This document shows positions 1-12,125 of a stretch of 64,000 nt of DNA, piece after piece. Numbering within the stretch: the stretch's first letter is position 1; each line of letters begins with the position of its first letter. Made by a program: the position numbers and the translations under genes. Source of the DNA: Trichodelitschia bisporula (taxonomy: Eukaryota); assembly GCA_010356995.1 (NCBI GenBank), contig ML996688.1:1772579-1836578 (forward strand), read 5' to 3'. The notes under the pieces are model-generated. The model was given only the letters and a program-made list of their open reading frames with translations, searched no databases and was not told the DNA's origin.

Positions 1-834
1 CACGCTTCCTTTGGACAGGATGAAAAGAATGCCAGTCATTAATGGCGAAGCGTTAATTCTCGCGCCATTTGTAGTCTTCAATGGCTCCTACGGTCTTGCG
101 GTAGAGCAGGATGAGGGGAAGGAGGAAGAAGTTGGAATTCGGTGACGACGTTTCCTTGGTGCGAGGTGGGCGAAGCCTTCGAGCTAACGAGCGTGGGACG
201 TAGCGCGGCCGTCCCGTTCGCAGCGAACTGAGAGGTCCGTGACAGACACGGCGTAAGGCAATCCTCAGTCCGCAAAAGGTCTCATTGGAATGAGCATCTC
301 CCACGGAGAATAGGAACATTCATCGACATCCTCCCCCCTTCGTTCCACATCCAATTCCTCCTCCCTTCCCTCATTCTGCACCGCGAGCCAAATCCGGGCC
401 CGCAGGTATCCTAATGCAAGGGTCGGAAGTGCAAGATGTTCCTTGGACAAGAGGGGGATGAGTGGGCAGTACGGGGCAGGGCCGCCGGCACCTCCCTGTC
501 TGCGGGAACGCGCCCATTGGCTCGCGAAGCAAGGGCGGGAGTGCGAAGCCCAGGCGCGCTCACGATCCGATCGCCCTCCTTGCCCAAGCCGAGTGGAGTA
601 GGGGTGTGTGCTGGCGCAGCTGTGGGCAGCGGGCGCGCCTGGCGCGCGTTCTCGAAGTCCGCTTTCACGTCTTAATTTGCGCATCTGCGCGCTCGATTTT
701 TCAACTCGTTGTTCGCGAGGTTTCGCGCCTACGGATGTACACTACTACTACAAATTAAACACCATATAATCCCATCATATCGCCCGCCTGCGTGGCACCA
801 CCCAGTCCCCCCTCCTCTCCTCAACCTCCTGGGC

Positions 835-1824
835 TCACAGCGCCGATTGGTACCGCCGTCGCGCGCAGCTGGGATACTTTATCCCGCGACCCCGCGCGCC
901 ACGCTGATAGGCTCGTGGGGGCCAGCAGGTTAAGGCTCGGCAGGCGAGGACTGGCGCTGAGCTTACCGTACTGCACAATGCCCTCTTCGCATCAAGCAAG
1001 AAGTGCTGCTCAAACGCATGAATCCCCGCAGTCCGTTTTGCCCTGTTGCCCTGCGGAGCGCGATGAGTGGCTGCTGTGCTATCGTGAGTGAGAGCGCGTC
1101 GCGTCAGTGGCAACGGGAAACGGCGCGGGGAGGGGACGCGTGCGCGACGCGTGCCGACGCGTGACGCGCGAGTCGGGGGCGTTTCAGCTGCCCGTGGGCT
1201 GCGCCACGGTGGGACGCGGGGTCGGTGGGCGCGTTGAGCTGGGGCTTTTATCGGCCGAGGGCGGATGTCGCTGTGTGGGCCAGAAGAACGCCTTGTGAAG
1301 ATGTCGAACTGTTGAACTACTGAACTTACGCTAAGTTTGGGGGCAGGTTAAGGTAGGGCGAGGGCAGTGTCGGGCTCGCGAACGCGGATCGACTTTCCGG
1401 GCCAGGTTGGTTGGAGAGCGCGGGACGAGCACGACGAGTCATCGTTGGCGGGCCTAGGGCTACTGGAAAAGTCGTTGCTGCCTTTCTTGGGTGTCGTTGT
1501 GGATGGGGCGGCTATGACCTTTTACGGGACCCTGGGGTATATCAAACGGCTTGGCGGGACGACGTCGTGCAGCTTGACTTAAGTGAACTTAGAGGATTCT
1601 GCATATGCGCAGACGGGAAGGCGCCGTTTCAGCATGCTCATAGTGCATCGCTGATACAGAGGCATTTGCGGGGCTGGCGGGTAAGCTCGCCGGCGGACGA
1701 AGTCGGCGAGGCTGTGGGGCGGAGTGCATGTTGGCAGCTGAGTATATGGCGCCATATTAAGTGTACGAGCTGCTTGCTCGTTTATATGAGGCAGGCCTTG
1801 GATGGAGATGTTGGACGATGTCAA
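835..1824 (-). pseudogene. Possible RIP-inactivated pseudogene of unknown product (Pro/Ser/Arg-rich)
   Basis: One minus-strand frame joins ORF 1579..1824 to ORF 835..1113 and is interrupted only by three TAA codons (~1579, ~1522, ~1348), all compatible with CAA->TAA. No recognisable domain. Confidence 0.3.
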
Positions 1825-2826
1825 AAAGCGGTGTGAGGGGACGCGATGTTGTGTTTTTGTGCGCGGTGGTTGCTGGGCAGGCGATATGAATAGTGAGAGG
1901 AGATATAACCGGGTTTGCCTGCTGCTGTGCCTACCGTACGAGCGTACGCGAGAGTGGCACGAGTGGGGGGGATGGGAATGCGTGGGTCACGTGCTATGGG
2001 TATGGAAGGCTGAGGATGAGAGGGAGAGGGAGAGAGGGAAGAGGTGGGTATAAGGAGGACGTGAGAGGTCTTCATATGTGGGAATTACTGAAGTGTTCCT
2101 GTCGTTCCCTTCGTTCTGAGCTTCACTGACGTCTAAGGCAGCATCTAGTCCGAGTATCAAAGTACCAGAATCATTATAAGATCGTCCCTTGATTCCATCA
2201 GCGCGCCTGGAAGCGTCGACGGGGCTCTGCTTGTCGATATTCCCCTCCGCAAAAGCACGCCATCCATCACAGGCAGCGGCTTCGCGGCTCCGGATAGCTT
2301 GTGCACTGGGCCTTTGGAACATAGCGGCAGTCACCCTCTCCGCGTCCAAGCTCGGTATTCTCGATTAGATCTAGACCGACCGGTCCCGAATCGCCGCCGG
2401 ATATACATCTCCATTCCTCAGCACCAGACTCGCGAGATGCCCGGTTCCCCGATACCGGAAATCCCCACTCTGACAGCTGTACATAAAGGTGAACAGCACT
2501 GCCAGAAAGTCGCTATGCGCTGTGCTTGCCCTCGAAGACCCGGCCATCGGGTTGTTCATTAAGGCGAATGTTTCACTGCGAGGGTTGCCTTCATGTTTGA
2601 GCGGCGAACCCAAGCCTAAGCCTCACCTATCAACATCGATCACCTTTTCCCCTCGCCACCTTCACTCCGTCCGTCTACGCTCCTTTTATTCCCACTATGC
2701 GGAACATCTTTATGCATGGCCACAGAGACGCCTAATATTGAGATGATCAAGGTCGACTGGACGGAGCGGGGTTACAAGCACACTGGAAACCTAGGCTCAA
2801 GGCAGCAAGGCAGTGATGCGGTATAC

Positions 2827-3062
2827 TGATGTAGACAAGGAAGGAGCATTGCAGTGTTGGGAAGGCGCATACTAAGGGACATGATGTAATGTGCGCATGA
2901 TCGAAGGAAGGAGCAGAAGATACTTGGCATTGGGTATTCAAGTCTGGAGAGTCTGCGACTCTCTTCCTCTCTTCCTCTTTTCCTCTTTTCCTCTCTTTAT
3001 CTTTACACAATCTTCAGTTTTATAGTTGCCCTGTCGCAGGTAATGAGCCGTTGCTCACATCA
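2827..3062 (+). mobile_element. Solo-LTR-like repeat, copy 1
   Basis: Bounded by the inverted repeat TGATGT...ACATCA. Shares the internal blocks GGAAGGAGCA, GAAGGAAGGAGCA..GATAC, a CT-rich tract and ACAAT..GAGCC with copies at 11.9, 12.1 and 25.4 kb. No matching TSD seen. Confidence 0.65.
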
Positions 3063-4487
3063 AGAATAGGGAGTGTGGGATGACTATGATTGGAATAATT
3101 GTGGGCAAAGCAGCTAACTTTTCGCTATTAGTTGCACCATCGGTGAGGCTCACGGGCTGGTGACCTCAAGTCTCGCACACATGTCACTAACGCTTTGAAC
3201 GACGCCATCAGCATGCTTTTGGGCACAGAAAGTGCGTGGAAGTCTGGAAACTTTTGCTTCAGTGGTGCAACGCGGGGAGGCAACCGACGCGACATCGCCA
3301 CGTTCATTATGCTTGATGCTTTCACAGGTGCTGCACGATAGTCTTCGTCTGGCCCTCATCAAAGGCTGTGCCCTGGGTGGTATGAAGACACATGGTGATA
3401 TCAATCCTACGGCTGGCAAACACACCGAATATCCAGTTCAAAGATGACACTTCCCATACTATTCTTGTGGTGCGACTTGACTTGAGACTAGGGGCATCGA
3501 CTTCAGATATGAACTGGATGATGGATACTCGATGGGGATGCCAGTCATTAGAGAATTTGCGCAGCTGCTTGATAAGGTTATGGCCCGTCCCATTCACCGG
3601 GTCTCGAAAGAAACATCTCCACACCGCCGGAATTGAAGAATTGGATGGGAGCGTATCGTGAGTCCTTCAAAAAAATCCGTGGTCAAAGCAGTTTAGCTTT
3701 TTCGTCTCATATCTCAAGGCGATATGGCCTTGCTGCACCGTTGAGTAGTGACGTCGATCTATATGGACGACAGGGATTTAGATGACTGGCATAAAGAGTT
3801 TGGGCGGTACCTGGCAGCAATCTACAGCTCAGCGTTCACCTCTTTTACGAGTCTCCTGCACTCTGAGGGGCTTTCCGCATTTGACTGGCGATGACAAAAG
3901 CCAACTGGAGCGTGAAATTGACGACCGCCGTTCTCACAACCGCATTCGGGTATGGAGTTAAGAGCCGCATCTCCTTCGGGCAGCTTTATCGCAGAGTGTC
4001 GGTCGAACCGCGGACGTGGAGATCTTCTGTGCGGCGATATGAGACTTCATCAGAAGTTCACCAGGTAAGGCCCAGCCTTCATCTGCTTCCACCGTTTGAA
4101 TCGACAGAGAGCGTGCTGAATCATTCAGTGGCTTCAAACCACCTAGAAGCAAATACGCATCTTCGCTCTCGCATCGAGCGGTCGTGGCAGGCCCCATATC
4201 CCGCTCGTCTATCCGCGACCCACGACGTTGGTCCGCGCGCCCAGCACCATCTACGCACGTCTGACAACCCCGTCCTCGATCTCGAAGCCATCTGAATCCA
4301 TCTGGAGATGCAAATGCCAATTGACGGGCAATACCGCAATATGACGCCGTCTACCGCGGCCACTTCCCGCGGGCCTAAACGCCTATACTGCTCGTCTACC
4401 GTAATGGAGTAGGTTAGCATATTCCGTCCTTTCGAGAGGATATAACCTGCTCACACCGCGGCTCATACCCTCCGCACCCATTGCACC

Positions 4488-6238
4488 ATGGCCTTCCTCC
4501 TCTCCTTTACGGCCGCTCTGGCCCTGGCCTTCGCCCTCCCCAATGACAACCCGCTGGCCAGCATCTCGGCGCCCAGCGTCGCGAACCCCACCGTGACCAT
4601 CGATGCGGGCATCGTAGCCGGGACCATAACCGCACTCCCAAAAGCTACCGCCCCTATCAACAAATTCCTCGGCATTCCGTTCGGTGACTCGCCCCCGGTG
4701 CGCTTCGGCAAGCCTCTCCCACCGAAGAAATGGACTGGCGTCCGGCAAGCGGTCACAAATAAGCCGGCTTGCGTGCAGCAATTCAATTACCCCGAGGCGT
4801 CGCGCAATCAGACTATGACGGTGTTCAATAACCCACCGCCTCAGGAGAGCGAGGATTGTCTGTATCTCAATGTGTGGGCGCCACGCTCGGCCCCCCCTGA
4901 GGGTTGGCCGGTTATGCTCTGGTTGTATGGTGGGGCGTTTATCTTTGGCAGCGGCGGACTGCCGGGGTACGACGGAACCAATTTTGCCTCGTAAGTCGCC
5001 TTGACCTCCGCCGGAGCCGTCTAAAAAAAATAAGCAACGAGAACATCGTCCTGGTGACGATGAACTACCGCACCAACGTCTTCGGCTTTCCGGCCTCGCC
5101 GGAGCTGCCCCTCGCAGAGCGCAACCTGGGTCTGCTCGACCAGCGCGCCGTACTCGCATGGATCCAGAAGAATATCAAGGCTTTTGGGGGCGATCCGGAG
5201 AAGGTGACTATTTTCGGCGAGAGCGCGGGCGGCGCGTCTGTCGATGCGCTGCTCACCGGGTACGGCGCGGGGGAGAAGCCGCCATTCCGCGCGGGCATCA
5301 TGCAGAGTGGTCAGATCAGCGTTGGGGGCCGGATGGTGAGTTTTCTTTTCGAAATAGCTACCCGAGTAGCGCTGATTATGTGTCTAGGGTCGCGGCGACC
5401 AGAACTCGTCTGCGTGGGACGCGCTGGTCAAGGGCCTGAACTGCTCCTCCACCGCCAGCGCGCTAGCCTGCGTGCGCGCGGCCCCCGCCCTGAAGGTAAA
5501 GGAAGTTGTCGAGCGTGGCGCGCTGTCTTTTGGCCCGCAGGTAGATAACGCAACTCTCTACGCCGGGGCCGGCGAGCGGCGCACACAGGGCCTGATTCCG
5601 AAGCTGCCGGTGATGATCGGGAGCAACGCGCAGGAGAGCAAGATCAACGTGCGGGGCATGAACGATCTCGCCGGTTACATTGCCAAGACGTTCCCGGGGA
5701 ACACGACGAAGCAGGCGCTCGTTGCCGCTGCCTACGCCGTGGGCAAGGAGTTCCAGACGGCCAATGACGCCATTGCGCAGATCTCGACGGACATGGGCGC
5801 GGGATGCGTGAGCCCCCCTCCTATCCTTCACGAGCCGAGTAAGACCTAACATCTCAGGGAACGTACAAATACTCCCTCGCCGCCGCTGCCGCCGGCCACC
5901 CCACCTTCTGGTACTACTACAACGCGTCCTTCCCGAACATTCAGCCCTTCCCGGGGTCTGGCGTGTACCACGCCTCGGAAATTGATATGGTCTTCGGCAC
6001 GTACGGCCACACGGGTGCGACTTACAGTGGGCCTGCGTCTACGAGCCAGCAGATTGCGCTCTCGAACTACATGACCGGTGCGTGGGCGGCGTTTGCGCGC
6101 AATCCCCAGCGTGGACCTGGGTGGCCGGCGGTTGGGAGTATTGCGGAGGATGTGGGTGTGTTGGGGCCGGCAGGTACAAGTGGCGTGCATATGGTGCCGT
6201 GGCAGAGGGTCGCGGGCAAGTGTCACTTGTTCGATTAG
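4488..6238 (+). CDS. Secreted type-B carboxylesterase/lipase (alpha/beta hydrolase), 4 exons
   Basis: Signal peptide MAFLLSFTAALALAFA. Motifs FLGIPF, SEDCLYLNVW, WLYGGAF, NYRTNVFGF, TIFGESAGG (catalytic Ser) and YHASEI (His). Introns 4991-5034, 5336-5387 and 5808-5857 restore one frame. Confidence 0.93.
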
Positions 6239-6670
6239 TCCGGCGCGCTTGTGCCGTAAAAGTAGCAATTGTTGAAGGGAAGGCTGAATGTGCCGTCGTG
6301 GCCGTCAGCCTTGCCCCCTGGTTCAGTCCAGCCCGCTGATTGGTGCCTACTGCATATCGGGGCAGGGGTGGGTGGCGTATGCCAGGACCATATTGATAGA
6401 AGGAACTATGGAAGCCACACACCGTATTTAAGAGCTGCATTTGCTTTCCACCTCCTCTCCTCTCTTCTTCACCTCATCACGAATACGAGTAGTCAGTTGC
6501 TTGCTTTCTCCCACACGCTTTTACGTGTTGCTTTGCTCGGGATCGTCCTCCCACGGCCTACCCCGTATTTTCGAGCTACCCCTACACGCGTCCGACTTCA
6601 CGTCAGCCTTTCCTTCTCGCCCAATCTTTCCAACGTTCGTACCAATGCCACCCAAAGGGGTCATCCCGCT

Positions 6671-9600
6671 ATGCTTGACCTTGAAATGTCAGCACGTTCC
6701 GAGCCACCGGACTACGAAAACGAGGCCATTGTCAAACGCAACCGCCTCCCGCCCCGCGCCTACTGGATCCCGCCCGACGCGCTGCTGCTGGACGGGGTAT
6801 GGGACTTTCACTACGCGAAGTGCGTGATCGAAGCGCCTGATCCACCCTCGCCAGATGTAGCCCCGAATACCACCTCCGGTGACTCCTCGATCCCGGATTC
6901 CGAGCCAGAGCCCGCGCCAGCCTGGACCAGTATCACCGTCCCAGGGCACTGGCAGCTTCAGGGCCACGGACACCCGCACTACACCAACATCGACTTCCCG
7001 TTCCCAGTCGCACCGCCGCGGGTGCCCTCTGAGAATACGACAGGCACGTATAGGCGGCGATTTCGCGTGCCGAGTGCGTGGGCGGCTGACGCGCAGGTGC
7101 GGCTGCGGTTCGATGGGGTAGATTCCGCGTTCCATGTTTGGGTCAACGGGGTACTGGTTGGGTATTCGCAGGGGAGTCGGAATGCGGCAGAGTTTGATGT
7201 TAGTGGGGCTGTGAGGAGGAGAGGGGAAGAGGAGGTTTGGGTCAGGGTGTATAGGTGGTGTGATGGGAGTTATTTGGAGGATCAGGATATGTGGTGGTTG
7301 TCTGGTGAGCGGGTCTCCGTTGTGGATGAAATGGCGCTGACCGCAGAGGAATATTTCGGGATGTGCATCTCATTGCGTTTCCGCGCGAGGCGCGCATTGA
7401 GGATTTCTTCGCTTCGACGGAGCTGGACAATGGCGGCTCGAAGGTACCCGTAAAGGCAACGCTGAAGATCGCCCTCACTCTCACGCTCTACCACGACGTG
7501 ATAATCACCGCCTCACTCACGCATCCGTCCCTCAGCGCACCCATCACCACCAAAGTCGGCCTCTACACCGGCGTAAAATCCCACCATCTCACCCTCCCTG
7601 TCCGAGCCCCCCACCTCTGGACCGCCGAAACACCACATCTCTACACTCTAACCCTAACCCTCTCCGCCCCCCTCTCCCAGCCCCTGCAAACCATAACCCA
7701 CCCGATCGGCCTCCGCACCGTCTCTCTCCACAACAACCTAATCAGCATCAACAACACCCCTATCCACCTCCGCGGCGTAAACCACCACGACCACAACCCG
7801 GACCGCGGGCGCGCCGTGAGCGCTGCCGACATACGCACCGACATCCTCCTCATGAAAGCACACAACATCAACGCCCTCCGCTGCAGCCACTACCCCCCGC
7901 ACCCCTCCCTCCCAACCCTCGCCTCCGAACTCGGCCTCTACCTCATCGACGAAGCAGACCTCGAATGCCACGGCTTCAGCAGCACCGGTAGCACCCCGGA
8001 GTCATGGACAAGCAACAACCCCGCCTGGCGCCCCGCATACGTTGATCGGATGGCTCAGCTCGTAGCGCGGGACAAAAACGCCTCCAGCGTCATAATCTGG
8101 AGTCTAGGGAACGAATCCTTCCTCGGCGCGAATCACGGGCACATGGCTGCTCTGGCACGCAAAATGGACCCCACACGGCTGATCCACTACGAGCCGGACA
8201 AAGATCTCAAATATGCAGATATCCGTAGCGACATGTACCTGTCCCCCGCCGCCCTCCTCGCGCAGGCACAAGGCCCGGGGCCGCCAATCATCCTGTGTGA
8301 ATTTGCGCACGCAATGGGCAATGCTCCCGGCGGGCTGATGGCGTATATACACGCCTTCCGCGCCTCGCCGCGTTTGCAGGGCGGCTTTATCTGGGAGTGG
8401 GCGAGCCACGGGCTGTGGGTGCCCGGCGATCCGAGCAAGCCCGGTTGCGAAAGGGAGGGGTACTACGCGTACGGGGGCGAGTTCGGCGATCAGCCAAACG
8501 ACGGGGACTTCGTGATCGATGGGCTGTGCACCAGCGCGCATGCTCCCGGCCCGGGCCTTGCGGAGGTGAATAAGGCGTACGCGCCTGTGCGCATCAAGAT
8601 CGATGAGGAGAGCCTGCGAATCCATATCATCAACGAGCACGACTTCCAGGATCTTAGTTACTTATCCGGGTCCTGGAGCCTTGCGGTCGTTGCGCCTCCG
8701 TCCGCGGCCAGACAATATGACACCGGCGTCCTACACTTCCCCCCGCTCGTGCCGGGCGCATCCGCCACCCTCCCCTTCGCGCTTCACACTTTCACTTTCC
8801 CGCCGCATACCTGGCTCACTGTGTCACTGGCCACGAACAAGGTTACGCCCTGGGCCAGCGCTGGGCATGAAGTTGCCTGCGCGCAGGCCCTGCTACCTTT
8901 TGTCCCAGCGGCGCACGTACCCCCCGCACTGCCCGCACCAAATGACATCACCCTCTCTACTAGTCGCTCCACCTTCACCGTCACGACTCCCATATCCACA
9001 CTCATATTCAGCCGGCGCTTCGGCGCGCTATCCGCATGGACCGCAAACGGGACCGAACTCCTCGCCGCACCAAGCTCCGTGCCTAACGTGCGCGTCTCGC
9101 TAACCCGCCCCGCGACGAGCAACGACACGCACGGTGGAGACGCAGCATATTTCGCTTCATACGGGATCGGCGCGATGCAGACCCGTGTGCAGTCATTTAC
9201 AGCGGCGCGATGCGCAGCCGGCATTATGCTCGTTGCGGAGACGGACCTTGCGCCACCGGTCCGGGCATGGGGCGTCCGGTGTGGGGTGACGTATACCGTC
9301 GGACTTACTGGGCTAGGGGTGGGTGTCAAGATGGAGCCGAGCGGGAGGGAGGAGAAGCCGGCGTGGGTGCCGCGGTGCGGGATTGAAGTCCGTCTTCGGG
9401 ACCGCGCCGGGGCTGGGGGCGAGGACATGCGCGTCGAATATGCCGGCTGGGGGCCGGGGAGCGCGTATGCGGACCGGTGGCTGGGTGCGCGGATGGGTGT
9501 TTGGAGGCACACTGTGCGGGACATGGACGGGGCGCTGGAGTACGAGGTCCCGCAGGAGGGGGGCAATAGGCTGGCGGTTAAGTGGGTAAGGGTTGGGGGG

Positions 9601-9870
9601 GTAGAGGTAAGGCGGATGCAGGGGGAGGATGGGGGGGTGCGTGACGAGGAGTGGGGGTTTGCGTTTCAGGTGAGTCGGTATAATGATGCGGATGTGGACG
9701 CGGCGAAGCATCCGAGGGACTTGGTGCCTGTGCCTGGTGTGGTAAGGCTGAGGGTTGATGATGTGGGGAGTGGGGTGGGGACGGGGGCGTGTGGGCCTGG
9801 TGTTGCGGAGGAGACGAGGGTGTGGGTGAATGAGCTGAGGGAGTTTAGGTTTTGGATGGAGGTGGGTTGA
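6671..9870 (+). CDS. Glycoside hydrolase family 2 beta-galactosidase (LacZ/Lac4-like), intracellular
   Basis: Motifs NRLPPRAY, VPGHWQLQG, RFDGVDSAF, SYLEDQDMWWLSG|IFRDV, LRGVNHHD, RCSHYP, WSLGNE (acid/base), ILCEFAHAMGN (nucleophile) and GGFIWEW. One intron, 7305-7348. Confidence 0.93.
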
Positions 9871-10064
9871 GGGGGGGATGGCCTGGTCAACCCGATTGTT
9901 TGGGTATCGGGCATAACTATGGTCGTATGCCTGCCTAAAGGAGCACCCCTTCACACCAGGCCACCACTCGTATGGAGATGGAGGATGGCACACAGCACTC
10001 AAGAAGCTATTCGACAGCCTCTTAATTCAAGCACCCCCAGAACACCTGAACCTTTACATCTACA

Positions 10065-10340
10065 TCACCACACCCCGCCGGCTCCCTTCACCATCCCACC
10101 CGGCCCGCCTCTCAATCCCCCCTCCCATTTTTTCCGGTCAGCCTCCTGATGCGCCCTCAGAATCTCCTTCGCCCCCTCTACATCCGCATCGTTGTAGAGC
10201 TTCCCGCCATGTGACCCGACGAGGTTCTTGAAGCTGGAGTAGCTGGCATCTTGCGCTTGACTGTTCCAGCCGTCGGAGGAGGAAGAGGAGCCAGTGTTGG
10301 CCGAGGAGGAGGAGGAGGAGTTCTTGTTGTTGGAGGGCAT
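10065..10340 (-). CDS. Small Ser-rich protein of the expanded 'ESxGGKxY' family
   Basis: MPSNNKNSSS... followed by SFKNLVGSHGGKLYNDADVEGAKEILRAHQEAD. Closely similar to 49141..49374. Confidence 0.75.
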   Translation of the reverse strand: MPSNNKNSSSSSSANTGSSSSSDGWNSQAQDASYSSFKNLVGSHGGKLYNDADVEGAKEILRAHQEADRKKWEGGLRGGPGGMVKGAGGVW

Positions 10341-10994
10341 TATGGGTGGTTGTGGGAGAGGGTGTGGGGGGGGGATGAAGGTTGATTGGGTTGGAATAGG
10401 GGAGGCTACGGCTGTGGTGGAAGGTGGAAGGTGGTAAGGCAGTAAGGCGGAAGCGATGTCACATTCGGATCATATTCGGATCAAAGGACTGCCTGTGGAC
10501 CATGATTGCCGGAAGAGCAGTGGTTTTCGGATACACAGCTCGCTGAGTGACGATACTTGAACACTTTGGTAGGTATATTCTCATATCATCCCTCCAATCC
10601 ATGATCTCTGCCTTTCACTGACATCGTCTGCCACAAGGCGCGTCAACAAGTGGGGACTTGAGTTGGTGCAAAGCTGGAACGGGGGCGATCGGACACGCAC
10701 GTCATTCTTCCAATGGGGACGAGTGCTTGGGAGCAAGTCATGAGGGTTTATCGTGACTATCTCGAACATATGTGAAGCTGCCACCCCTTCATACTAAGCT
10801 ACCACTCGTACGGATGTATTGAGACGGAGAATAACAAGCAGCACTCAGGAAGACACGAGACAGCCTCAATTCAAGCACAACCCACGCTTCTCAAACTTCA
10901 TACTTGCAATAACATGTCGTCATCATTCAGACCCATGGCACACCAGCGACCCGCCGCCTAACCTCATTAACTGGTCCAGACCGCATCTCAGTCC

Positions 10995-11765
10995 TCAATA
11001 TTCAAACCCTTCAGAGTCGTCGAAAAAGTCGCTCTCGTCGTCGTAGAAGTCACTCTGGTCCGCATGTGAGGAACCGTCGTCGCCATGGGAGGCGCAGTCG
11101 TCCGTATGTGAGGAACCGTCGTCCCCATGTGACGAACCATCATCCTCATGTGACGAACCATCGTCCTCATGTACGGAACCGTCGTCCACATGCGAGGAAT
11201 TGTCGTCATGTAAGGAAGCGTCGTCCACAAGTGACGGACCATCGTCCTCTTGTGAGGAACCCTCCTCATGTTCAGCACTTTCAGCGTCATCCCTCCCGCT
11301 CTCCGAGCTCGCCTCATCCATATGTTTGGCACTTTCAGCGTCGTCGCTCTCGCTCTCCAAACTCGCCTCATCCCCACATTCAACACATTCAGACTCGTCA
11401 CTCCCGCTCTCCTCACTCTCCTCATCCTCATGTGAAGCTCTTTCAGCGTCGCCGCTCTCGCTGTCCGAACTGGACTCGTTACTTTCCGTCTCCGCCTCAC
11501 TGCTCTTGCCATTCCGATAATCTATCTCCTGGTACGATCGAAGAATGTCTTTGCCGTCCTCGTAGTCCGAGTCGTCCCAGATCCGCCCACCGTAGGACTC
11601 GAGGAAGTTCTTCATGCCGCTGTAGCCGGCGTCTCTGGCTTGACGGTTCCAGCCGCCTTCATAAGGCGTGAAGTTGGCGGAGGTAACGTGGCCACGGGAG
11701 GATGATGTGTTGCCGGAGGCGGGGTGGCCACGGGAAGAGGAGGTATTCTTGTTGCTGGACGACAT
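10995..11765 (-). CDS. Family member with a long Asp/Glu/Ser/His-rich repetitive tail
   Basis: MSSSNKNTSSS... followed by GMKNFLESYGGRIWDDSDYEDGKDILRSYQEID, then acidic repeats. ATG at 11765 chosen by analogy with the paralogs. Confidence 0.75.
   Translation of the reverse strand: MSSSNKNTSSSRGHPASGNTSSSRGHVTSANFTPYEGGWNRQARDAGYSGMKNFLESYGGRIWDDSDYEDGKDILRSYQEIDYRNGKSSEAETESNESSSDSESGDAERASHEDEESEESGSDESECVECGDEASLESESDDAESAKHMDEASSESGRDDAESAEHEEGSSQEDDGPSLVDDASLHDDNSSHVDDGSVHEDDGSSHEDDGSSHGDDGSSHTDDCASHGDDGSSHADQSDFYDDESDFFDDSEGFEY
11045..11275 (-). repeat. 21-bp coding tandem repeat (HEDDGSS-like heptads, about 10 units)
   Basis: Repeated catgtgacgaaccatcgtcct-like units on the + strand. 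Confidence 0.85.
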
Positions 11766-11874
11766 CGTCAAGCCCGAAGCAGATATGACAAGAAACAGTA
11801 TTTCAAGCAAAACCTTCAACTTCGCGCACGAATCGGAGATAAGCGCCGAAAGCGCGTAGCATAGATTCCAAGGC

Positions 11875-12087
11875 AGCAACGGATGGCAGCAGGGCTCGTA
11901 CACAGGCAATAACTATCTACGTAAACTGAAGATTGAAAGTAGAAGGCGAGGGGCGGAAGAGAGGCAGAGACTCTCGAGACTTAAATACACGATACCAGGT
12001 ATCCTCCTTCGCTCCTTCCTTCCATCAAAGACCCATTAAATCATGTCCTCTGCTTTACATAAGGATGTCCCTTCCATAACTACATCA
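11875..12087 (-). mobile_element. Solo-LTR-like repeat, copy 2 (inverted)
   Basis: Reverse complement reads TGATGTAGTTATGGAAGGG...GGAAGGAAGGAGCGAAGGAGGATACC...GTGTATTTAAGTCTCGAGAGTC, homologous to the other copies. The 3' end is approximate. Confidence 0.65.
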
Positions 12088-12125
12088 GCAACTGCATCTG
12101 CCTCGAGACTATATATACCCGGGCC

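Noticed and set aside
7647..7662. CTAACCCTAACCCT telomere-like repeat
   Set aside because: Only two units, inside the CDS, encoding LTLTL in a C-rich stretch.
11045..11275. Regular repeats resembling a CRISPR array (also 48200-48480)
   Set aside because: Degenerate in-frame coding repeats without unique spacers; eukaryotic context and no cas genes.
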